From Macrostomum hystrix (taxonomy: Eukaryota; Animalia; Platyhelminthes), in NCBI GenBank assembly GCA_950097015.1, contig CATNEN010000025.1, forward strand, positions 6,634,001-6,698,000: a stretch of DNA of 64,000 nt, given 5' to 3'. Every line of letters starts with the position of its first letter. The stretch's first letter is position 1. The position numbers were made by a program, and so were the translations under genes. Of the stretch, positions 13,701 through 25,700 are shown one piece after another. Under the pieces are notes generated by a model. That model had not been told where the DNA came from. It saw nothing but the letters and a program-made list of their open reading frames with translations, and ran no database searches.

Positions 13701-16700
13701 AAAGACACCTCAAAACTGTTTGAAAGACACCTCAAAACTGTTTGAAAGACACCTCAAAACTGTTTGAAAGACACCTCAAAACTGTTTGAAAGACACCTCA
13801 AAACTACTTGAAAGACACCTCAAAACCTTTTGAGACACCTCAAAACTACTTGAAAGACACCTCAAAACAATATGAAAGACACCACAAAACAATATGAAAG
13901 ACACCTCAAAACTATTTGAAAGACACCTCAAAACTGTTTGAAAGACACCTCAAAACTGTTTGAAAGACACCTCAAAACTGTTTGAAAGACACCTCAAAAC
14001 TACTTGAAAGACACCTCAAAACCTTTTGAGACACCTCAAAACTACTTGAAAGACACCTCAAAACAATATGAAAGACACCTCAAAACTATTTGAAAGACAC
14101 CTCAAAACAATATGAAAGACACCACAAAACAATATGAAAGACACCTCAAAACTATTTGAAAGACACCTCAAAACTGTTTGAAAGACACCTCAAAACTGTT
14201 TGAAAGACACCTCAAAACTGTTTGAAAGACACCTCAAAACTGTTTGAAAGACACCTCAAAACTATTTGAAAGACACCTCAAAACTGTTTGAAAGACACCT
14301 CAAAACTGTTGGAAAGACACCTCAAAACTGTTTGAAAGGCTCCGGCACTTGCAGTTCAGGCAAGTTTGAAACATTCTGGGGACTCCTCACCCCTGAAACT
14401 TCTTACCGATGCTAATCTCGAACTCCACCGGGGCGTCTACCTCAGAGATCATGCTGGCGCTGGAGAAGGCCGCGTGTAGGCGGTATTTTCGGCGTCGCAA
14501 AAATTTCTGCACCTTCAGCAGCTGATCGTCGCCGATCTCGCCTTTGCTCTGCTCGGGCATCTCGCCCAAGTCTGTCTTGAGCTCCAGAAGAACCCGGCCT
14601 CTGTAGGCGACGCCCTCGCCTTTGCCCTCGTTCAACGACTCGTACTGGTCGCCTAGCTCCGAGAATTCCCTTGGCGAGCCGTAGAAATTGACGAAGCACG
14701 GCCCGAACATTGGCAAATAGCCTGGGGGTTGTTTGGCGGAGGAGGCAAAGGCTAATTTGACTCTCAACTGATGTATACCCCTCTCAACTGAATGTATACC
14801 ACTCTCAACTGAATGTATACCCCTCTCAACTGATGTATACCACTCTCAACCGAATGTATACCACTCTCAACCGAATGTATACCACTCTCAACCGAATGTA
14901 TACCACTCTCAACTGATGTATACCACTCTCAACCGTATGTATACCACTCTCAACTGATGTATACCACTCTCAACTGAATGTATACCACTCTCAACCGAAT
15001 GTATACCACTCTCAACCGAATGTATACCACTCTCAACTGATGTATACCACTCTCAACCGAATGTATACCACTCTCAACCGAATGTATACCACTCTCAACC
15101 GAATGTATACCACTCTCAACCGAATGTATACCACTCTCAACCGATGTATACCACTCTCAACCGATTTATACCACTCTCAACCGATGTATACCACTCTCAA
15201 CCGATGTATACCACTCTCAACTGATGTATACCACTCTCAACCGAATGTATACCACTCTCAACCGAATGTATACCACTCTCAACCGAATGTATACCACTCT
15301 CAACCGAATGTATACCACTCTCAACCGAATGTATACCACTCTCAACCGAATGTATACCACTCTCAACTGATGTATACCACTCTCAACCGTATGTATACCA
15401 CTCTCAACTGATGTATACCACTCTCAACTGAATGTATACCACTCTCAACCGAATGTATACCACTCTCAACCGAATGTATACCACTCTCAACTGATGTATA
15501 CCACTCTCAACCGAATGTATACCACTCTCAACCGAATGTATACCACTCTCAACCGAATGTATACCACTCTCAACCGAATGTATACCACTCTCAACCGATG
15601 TATACCACTCTCAACCGATTTATACCACTCTCAACCGATGTATACCACTCTCAACCGATGTATACCACTCTCAACTGATGTATACCACTCTCAACCGAAT
15701 GTATACCACTCTCAACCGAATGTATACCACTCTCAACTGAATGTATACCACTCTCAACTGATGTATACCACTCTCAACCGAATGTATACCACTCTCAACT
15801 GATGTATACCACTCTCAACTGTTGTATACCACTCTCAACTGAATGTATACCACTCTCAACTGAATGTATACCACTCTCAACTGTTGTATACCACTCTCAA
15901 CTGAATGTATACCACTCTCAACCGAATGTATACCACTCTCAACCGATGTATACCACTCTCAACCGATGTATACCACTCTCAACCGATGTATACCACTCTC
16001 AACCGATGTATACCACTCTCAACCGAATGTATACCACTCTCAACCGATGTATACCACTCTCAACCGAATGTATACCACTCTCAACCGAATGTATACCACT
16101 CTCAACCGAATGTATACCACTCTCAACCGAATGTATACCACTCTCAACCGAATGTATACCACTCTCAACTGATGTATACCACTCTCAACCGAATGTATAC
16201 CACTCTCAACCGAATGTATACCACTCTCAACTGATGTATACCACTCTCAACTGATGTATACCACTCTCAACCGAATGTATACCACTCTCAACTCAGCTTT
16301 TGGAAGCGGCTGTGGCACTTGCACTACAACTGGGTTATGTGTACTTTCTATTCTATTCCATTCTATCCGGTGCATCAATAGAATTTGCTTTTATTGGTCG
16401 CATGAAATGGGATTTTTGTTCCACAAAAAAATATTTATTTATTTCTGTAGAGGACATTTTTTGCAGTACCGATATGCGAGTTAACCAAATTTGACTTGAA
16501 CTGCAATTAAGAAGTACAAATTTGAACGAGCATCTTACCCGACCAGATGATAAACTTGATAAAAAACCGTTGTACCGTAGAAAAGCATTCGGAATTTTTT
16601 TGTAAAGTAACACGTCAAAAAATGCAAAGACGAGACCCGCTTAAGTTGCATTTTTTTGGTCGAGAGTCGGGGACAACACGAACTATGACACCTATGGCTT

Positions 16701-19700
16701 GGCTATGCAATCAGCTAATGGGAATTAAGCTTGTAATATTATATTTAATTTGATGCAGACAAAAAAGGGGTGATTGATAGGCGGGATGGATGCCAGGTTT
16801 GTTGACACTGACTGGCGAACGCTGTTAAGTATCATTTGATTGGTTCATGAATGGCTTCATAAATTTTTACCTCTGAGGACTAGAAGCGTTCAGCAGAAAT
16901 TGTGCAACGGGAACTATGTGGGAAAGCTTTATCTATAAGGATAAATTCCTAAAATTCAATAATAAGTCAATAAGAAGCGAAATTAAAGGGATAAATGCAA
17001 AACCATTATTGAACAAAATGACAGTACCTTCCGTGTCCTTGTCTGCAACATGAAGATTGAGAAAACAAATTGGCTACATTTGCTTTTTTTGTAATTATTG
17101 AACGCATTTATGAGTATGGAAATGTGAAAGTTTGCACAATATACCAAAGCTAAGCAAGGGTTGAATCCATGGTCGAGGTAATAGGGTTAAAAGCTCAGAA
17201 ACAACCCTACGAGCTGAGATCAGTACTCACCACTGTCGCCTTGGGCCGAGACTAGCGACAAGTCAATGTAGTTCGTGCCAATGATGTCATCCTCCGTCAT
17301 GCGATCCCTAGAGGTGAAAGTGGTAGTTCTTTGGGGCAGCCTATTTGAGACAGGTCGCCACATATTCGTCCTCTTAACTTCTTTTACTTCTCTACCCGGG
17401 ACGTAAAACTTGAGGCTTTTCACTGATTGGCTGGACTGAATGCTTAAACTCTCTGCCCCCCCAGAATGGAGGGTCGATCGAAAAGTCACTCCCATATATT
17501 CTCTCTTCACTGATTGGCTGGACTCAACTCTTAAATTATCTGCCCGCCAGAATGGAGTGTACATAAACTAGTCACTTTTATCTCTTCTGTCTTCACTGAT
17601 TGGCTGGATTGAATGCCTTAATTCTCTGCCCCCCAGAATGGAGGGTAGATCGAAAAGTCACCTCATCTCTTCTCTTTTCACTGATTGGCTGGACTGAACG
17701 TTTAAAATATTTCCCCCGGTATTGAGTACAAATTGTAGGCTCGTACTCTAAACTCTTCTCTCTTAGTAAATTGGTTTAATATATAAAATCTACGAGTAAA
17801 ATACGAGATTTTAGCTTACCAGTCGAACAGTTGCAGCTTGATTCTCTCGCACATTGAAGGAAACTGCAGGCCCATGCGCAGCTCTTCATTCCACTCCGGA
17901 TGGTCGTTGGTGTACTTAATCTCGGTGCGGATCTCCTTGCCAGCGAATTGAAACACCAGGTAGGGGTCCACCAGTTCTTTTGTTGATGTGCCGGTGAAAA
18001 TCTTCTTGACACCTTGGAAGATCTCCGTGTCCACTAGATTGGATAGGAGAATATTTACATTTTTTCAAGAAATTGTGAAATTGGAGTCTATAAAAAAGAT
18101 TTCCTATCTGACTCACTCTTCGGCAGGTCCTCGGCGCGGTAGACTCTTAAAATAAAGGTGGCCGGACGAAGCTGCACTCCAGCTGGTCTGAGCAGGTTGG
18201 ACTCGATGTCCTCTTCTTCTTCTGCAGCGCCGGTCTGCTTGAAGCTCTGCGGGGCGGCATTGGTGTTGTGGTGTGAGTTTCCGTCAGACTGACAGACACG
18301 TAAGACATGCAGAAAGACGTCCAAGACAGACGGACACCCAAGACAGGCAGACGGACACCCAAGACAGACACACCCAGGACAGACGGACACTCAAGACAGA
18401 CACACCCAGGACAGACGGACACCCAAGACAGACACACCCAGGACAGACAGACACCCAAGACAGACGGACACCCAAGACAGACACACCCAAGACAGGCAGA
18501 CAGACACCTAAGACAGACGGACACCCAAGACAGACACACCCAGGACAGACGGACACCCAAGACAGACACACCCAGGACAGACGGACACCCAAGACAGACA
18601 CGCCCAGGACAGACGGACACCCAAGACAGACGGACACCCAAGACAGATACACCCAGGACAGACGGACACCCAAGACAGACACGCCCAGGACAGACGGACA
18701 CCCAAGACAGACACGCCCAGGACAGACGGACACCCAAGACAGACGGACACCCAAGACAGATACACCCAGGACAGACGGACAGCCAAGACAGTCTGCAGTA
18801 CTGACTGGTGCTTCGTCGCCCGGCCCGAGTATGACGGCGCAGATCTTGAGGTAGCCCTTGGCACCACCCTGCGGGTCCTCGGGGTCACTGAGCAGCAGCC
18901 ACTTGTTGAGAAAGACGTGACCGTCCTCTTCGTAGAGCATGCCGAGGTCGAATTTGAAGGTGCCAATCAGAGCGTCTGAGCGGAGCCGACGTGAGTTGAA
19001 CACCTGAGAGGCAAGGAGGTGACATTACCTGGTTCAGCTTCACCTGCTACGGAAATTCTCTCATTAACAGACTCGCTGAAATTTAGACTTACGCCGCACT
19101 CAACCAGTTCCTCCATGAGATCGGCTGGCGATACGTTGAAATTAAAGAAGAATGTCTCGCCCCAGTAAGGCGAATTCGTGGACTTCTTGATGCGAGTCTG
19201 TTTCATCTGGTTGTAGCAGGTCACCCGGCACACAGGGCTGATGTTGGCTCCCTGCAGCTGGCGAGCCTCCACCACCCGGATGCGGATCTAAATGGCGGGC
19301 AAGTCAGGAGAATGCTTCGTCAGCCTGCGGTCTGAGGCAGCCTCTGGGGACTCGTTCTATAACTGCCTTATCGACCGATCCCACTGCCTTATCGACCGAT
19401 CCCACTGCCTTATCGACCGATCCCACTGCCTTATCGACCAATCCCACTGTCGTATCGACCGATCCCACTGTCTTATCGACCAATCCCACTGTCGTATCGA
19501 CCGATCCCACTGCCTTATCGACCAATCCCACTGTCGTATCGACCGATCCCACAGGCTTATCGACCGATCCCACTGCCTTATCGACCAATCCCTCTGTCGT
19601 ATCGACCGATCCCACAGGCTTATCGACCGATCCCACAGCCTTATCGACCGATCCCACAGCCCTATCGACCGAACCCACTGCCTTATCGACCGATCCCACA

Positions 19701-22700
19701 GCCCTATCGACCGAACCCACTGCCTTATCGACCGATCCCACAGCCCTATCGACCGAACCCACATCCTTATCGACCGATCCCACAGCCCTATCGACCGAAC
19801 CCACTGCCCTATCGACCGAACCTACTGCCCTATCGACCGAACCTACTGCCCTATCGACCGAACCCACTGCCCTATCGACCGAACCTACTGCCCTATCGAC
19901 CGAACCTACTGCCCTATCGACCGAACCCCAGTCTTTCGACCAAACCCACAGCCAAATCGAAATTAAGAAATTACGAAATTACGAAAGAAAAATGTTATCC
20001 AGTCTACTCGCGAGTAGGCAGAATAGACTAAGGCAGTATTATGCAGAACTGTATTGTAATCCAACTGGCGCGCATTTCTCATGCCAATTTAATAAATTCC
20101 GACACCCAAATGAGGTAGCTGAGCATAATATCCCTAGATTATTTCCCATTCTCTGTTTCTTGCCTTTTGAACTACCCACCCCTCCACCAAATAATATGGT
20201 CGACATTTTTTGGGGTCTGGAGTGAGCTGTCTAGGAAATGGTGGCAAACGCGTCACCGCCCAAAGTGTTCAGCTGGCATAACATTGGTTCAAAACAAGAT
20301 TACTCAGAGTTCTATTTTTATTTTCTTTTATTTCAATATAATATTCTACAATGTCTACAGGGTTCGGACATAGACTAAATAATATATATTTAAACTTCTG
20401 TCTATTTTTAGAAAAGAAGAGTAAAAATTGACCTAATCTGAAAAAATTCCAAGAGTAAATATTGTCCAAGTATCTTGTGAGGCGTTTGCCATCTATTCAT
20501 TTTCTTTATTTTTACTCTGTTTAAAGACTGTATTGTGCTTTACTAGGGGGTGGGTTATCCACCGTACGCCGGTAGAGATTTGCACGTTTTCTCGGGTCGC
20601 TGTCTAGAATGCAATGTTCTTTCAGTCAAACAATTGCGTTCAGGACTACAACAGAGTGGATACGAGTGAGTGAGAGACCCCCAGCAGTTGTGAGTAAATA
20701 GCCCCGTAAGGCTAAATTATTTTCGATGCGTTAAGATAAAAACACATGAAAATACGACTGCCATTGTGAGCGCCTAGTGCTATAAAACTGAATGTTCACG
20801 TCTAACAGGTAAGACTCGGGAGTCTATTAGGTGACACACCTGTCTAACAGGTAAGACTCGGGAGTCTATTAGGTGACACACCTGTCTAACAGGTAAGACT
20901 CGGGAGTCTATTAGGTGACGCACCTGTCTAACAGGTAAGACTCGGGAGTCTATTAGGTGACACACCTGTCTAACAGGTAAGACTCGGGAGTCTATTAGGT
21001 GACACACCTGTCTAACAGGTAAGACTCGGGAGTCTATTAGGTGACACACCTGTCTAACAGGTAAGACTCGGGAGTCTATTAGGTGACACACCTGTCTAAC
21101 AGGTAAGACTCGGGAGTCTATTAGGTGACACACCTGTCTAACAGGTAAGACTCGGGAGTCTATTAGGTGACACACCTGTCTAACAGGTAAGACTCGGGAG
21201 TCTATTAGGTGACACACCTGTCTAACAGGTAAGACTCGGGAGTCTATTAGGTGACGCACCTTTCTAACAGGTAAGACTCGGGAGTCTATTAGGTGACACA
21301 CCTGTCTAACAGGTAAGACTCGGGAGTCTATTAGGTGACACACCTGTCTAACAGGTAAGACTCGGGAGTCTATTAGGTGACACACCTGTCTAACAGGTAA
21401 GACTCGGGAGTCTATTAGGTGACACACCTGTCTAACAGGTAAGACTCGGGAGTCTATTAGGTGACACACCTGTCTAACAGGTAAGACTCGGGAGTCTATT
21501 AGGTGACGCACCTGTCTAACAGGTAAGACTCGGGAGTCTATTAGGTGACACACCTGTCTAACAGGTAAGACTCGGGAGTCTATTAGGTGACACACCTGTC
21601 TAACAGGTAAGACTCGGGAGTCTATTAGGTGACACACCTGTCTAACAGGTAAGACTCGGGAGTCTATTAGGTGACACACCTGTCTAACAGGTAAGACTCG
21701 GGAGTCTATTAGGTGACACACCTGTCTAACAGGTAAGACTCGGGAGTCTATTAGGTGACACACCTGTCTAACAGGTAAGACTCGGGAGTCTATTAGGTGA
21801 CACACCTGTCTAACAGGTAAGACTCGGGAGTCTATTAGGTGACGCACCTGTCTAACAGGTCTAACAGGTGAGAGCCAGGTGTCTATTAGCTGACACACCT
21901 GTCTAACAGGTCTAACAGGTGACAGTCAGGTGTCTATTAGGTGACACACCTGTCTAACAGATGAGAGCCATGTTTCTATTAGGTGACACACCTGTCTAAT
22001 CTAACAGGTGAGAGCCAGGTTTCTTTTAGGTGACACACCTGTCTAACAGGTCTAACAGGTGAGAGCCAGGTTTCTATTAGGTGACACACCTGTCTAACAG
22101 GTCTAACAGGTGAGAGCCATGTTTCTATTAGGTGACACACCTGTCTAATCTAACAGGTGAGAGCCAGGTTTCTTTTAGGTGACACACCTGTCTAACAGGT
22201 CTAACAGGTGAGAGCCAGGTTTCTATTAGGTGACACACCTGTCTAACAGGTCTAACAGGTGAGAGCCAGGTTTCTATTAGGTGACACACCTGTCTAACAG
22301 GTCTAACAGGTGAGAGCCATGTTTCTATTAGCTGACACACCTGTCTAACAGGTCTAACAGGTGAGAGCCATGTTTCTATTAGGTGACACACCTGTCTAAT
22401 CTAACAGGTGAGAGCCATGTTTCTATTAGGTGACACACCTGTCTAATCTAACAGGTGAGAGCCATGTTTCTATTAGGTGACACACCTGTCTAATCTAACA
22501 GGTGAGAGCCATGTTTCTATTAGGTGACACACCTGTCTAACAGGTCTAACAGGTGAGAGCCATGTTTCTATTAGCTGACACACCTGTCTAACAGGTCTAA
22601 CAGGTGACAGTCAGGTGTCTATTAGGTGACACACCTGTCTAACAGATGAGAGCAAGGTTTCAATCAGGTGACACACCTGTCTAACAGGTCTAACAGGTGA

Positions 22701-25700
22701 GAGCCATGTTTCTATTAGGTGACACACCTGTCTAACAGGTCTAACAGGTGAGAGCCATGTTTCTATTAGCTGACACACCTGTCTAACAGGTCTAACAGGT
22801 GAGAGCCATGTTTCTATTAGGTGACACACCTGTCTAATCTAACAGGTGAGAGCCATGTTTCTATTAGGTGACACACCTGTCTAATCTAACAGGTGAGAGC
22901 CATGTTTCTATTAGGTGACACACCTGTCTAATCTAACAGGTGAGAGCCATGTTTCTATTAGGTGACACACCTGTCTAACAGGTCTAACAGGTGAGAGCCA
23001 TGTTTCTATTAGCTGACACACCTGTCTAACAGGTCTAGCAGGTGAGAGCCAGGTTTCTATTAGGTGACACACCTGTCTAACAGGTCTAACAGGTGAGAGC
23101 CAGGTTTCTATTAGCTGACGCACCTGTCTAACAGGTCTAACAGGTGAGAGCCAGGTGTCTATTAGCTGACACACCTGTCTAACAGGTCTAACAGGTGAGA
23201 GCCAGGTTTCTATTAGGTGACACACCTAGAAAAAACATTCTGAGCTTATTGTGAGATGAAATACTTTGTGGAAGACAGTTTTCAGTTTCGAGACTTTCTA
23301 AAAAGTTCAATTGAAGAAATTCGTAGAAGTTTTATAGAAATTCAATCCCAAGAATGTCTAAATCCGTCACACTCTAACTTGCCCGCGCAAAGCCGCTTTG
23401 GCAGTTTAAACCAGAGCAGCAGAACAACAGCAAAAGATTTTCTTTTCTCAATTGCCACAGTCGTCTATCTGAAGACACAGAATTTCTCTTCCCTGCTCAA
23501 GCCGCCCCCGCTGCTGCTGCGGCATTAGAGCGGGGGGGGCAACAACTGCTGGCAGTGCTGTTTGGGAGAATGGGGATTTAGAAGAGCTGAGAGGAGTTGC
23601 ATGACGTGTGGGGGGTTCGGAGAGTCATTTCAGCTCTGCAGGGATTTCAGCACTGCAGGGGTGAGTGAACAGGTGCGTGCCAACCAAACAGTGTGGGGTG
23701 TGTGTGGGGGTATTAGGATTCAATTCGGAATGGAGTAGAGGAATTTGGAAGTGGCCTTTTTAGGGGCCAAAGTGATTTGTGACGGAGGAGAATTTGAAAA
23801 CAATCTGAGAGAATAGCAATCCGAGTTCGCCAGTTGTCGAGAACTGACTTCCCACCCACCACCCAAAGTACTTTGGTGATTTACTGCACTCTGTCTCCGA
23901 GTCCCAACAACCGGAAGTGAAATCCGGTAGAACCGGTGCACAAACCTTAGACGAAGAGGAAAAAATGAAAAGATTTCACTCAGCATGAAGGCCAGCAAGA
24001 AAACGAAATAATAATGGAGAAAATTATTTAAGAGAAATCGGAAGCAAGACTGCCTGTGCGAAGTGGGGGGGGCGAGAACTGTACTCGATTGTACCTAACT
24101 TACCGACCTACACCCCAAAATCTCGCGCCGGGCCCGCTCTACCCTGGCCGCGTTGCTGCAGACAAAAAATCGATTGTCAATGCAAACATGCGGAGCAGAG
24201 AAGTCCGATTTCTAGTAGGGAGAGAGCTGAGGCACATGCCAACCTGCGCCCCTACCGAGTATTACCATTTTCCTTTTATGAAATAACGCTAACAGAAGAA
24301 ACAGTTCAATTTCTCGCAGTCAAGAAAGCTATTTTTAGAAACTAGAACCAAGTAGCTAGCCATTGCGAAAGTCATTTCATAATCTTTAGTGCGTTATAAA
24401 ATGCCAACGCTAGAGGTCTCACCCTGTTTCTCTCACCCTGTCAATCTCACCATCTCTCTCACCCTGTCAATGTCACCGTCTCTCTCACCCTGTCTCTCTC
24501 ACCCTGTTTCTCTCACCCTGTCTTTCTCACCCTGTCTCTCCCTTACCCTGTCAGTCTCACCCTTTATCTCTCACCCTGTCAATCTCACCCCGTCTCTTCC
24601 ACCATTTTTCTCTCACCCTGTTTCTCTCACCCTGTTTCTCTCACCCTGTTTCTCTCACCCTGTTTCTCTCACCCTGTTTCTCTCACCCTGTTTCTCTCAC
24701 CCTGTTTCTCTCACCCTGTCAATCTCACCCTGTTTCTCTTACCCTGCCTCTTTGACACTGGCTAGTCTCTTTCTCTCTTATCCGTTACGAGAGGGCTAAT
24801 TAGATGACGAGAGGATCACTAGTCATATAGTATATTTTCTCCCACCGTTTACAAGTCGCCAGAGTTTCCTAAAAGCTTCCCTTTGAGAAAATTCTATCAA
24901 CATATTTATAAGCATAACTATACTGATTGTGTTATTCTGCGTAGAAAACTATTTCAATACTTTTCTGTCAACACTGTGAAACGGTGCACAAGCTGTGGGC
25001 TTTTGAGTACAATGCGATGCAAATTAAACACCTGGGGAGGGTGGCGCTAGTACCCAAGGACCCCCTCTTCGCAACAGTCCACTGTAAGCATTCCCAATGG
25101 GCTGCTGCGAACCAAAACTTTTAGCGCTACTTTTGCGCAACAGAAGCAGCGTCTAATGCCTGTTGGCTAGCTGCTGGCACTTGCTCTGGACAGGTGGCTA
25201 ATTTAGCGGTGTTCAACCACTTCTCAACTGCTCTGAGGGACGATTTGGTACGGTTGACTTTCAACACTGGATATTCTCAGATTTGTGAGCTCTGACACAC
25301 TACAGTCTTGGGTTTCTGAGCTCTGATACCCGACAGTCTTGGGTTTCTGAGCCTTGATATACTACAGTCTAGGGTTTCTGAGCCTTGATACCCTACAGTC
25401 TAGGGTTTCTGAGCTCTGATATACTGCAGTCTAGGGTTTCTGAGCCCTGGATATCCTACATTCTAGGGTTTCTGAGCCCTGATATCCTACATTCTAGGGT
25501 TTCTGAGCCCTGATATCCTACATTCTAGGGTTTCTGAGCCCTGATATCCTACATTCTAGGGTTTCTGAGCCCTGATATCCTACATTCTAGGGTTTCTGAG
25601 CCCTGGATATCCTACATTCTAGGGTTTCTGAGCCCTGATATCCTACATTCTAGGGTTTCTGAGCCCTGATATCCTACATTCTAGGGTTTCTGAGCCCTGA

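Noticed and set aside
14761-23227. Repeat ORFs at 15-16 kb, 18.1-18.9 kb, 19.3-20 kb and 20.8-23.2 kb
   Set aside because: All are translations of intronic minisatellites.
20801-23227. TTAGGTGACAC match to the SP6 phage promoter
   Set aside because: An 11-nt partial match inside a genomic tandem repeat, lacking the TATAG end; coincidence, not vector.
24104-24155. 52-nt cassette exon candidate in ferlin intron 5 with good AG and GTAAGT sites
   Set aside because: Contains an in-frame stop and shifts the frame; cannot be supported without RNA data.
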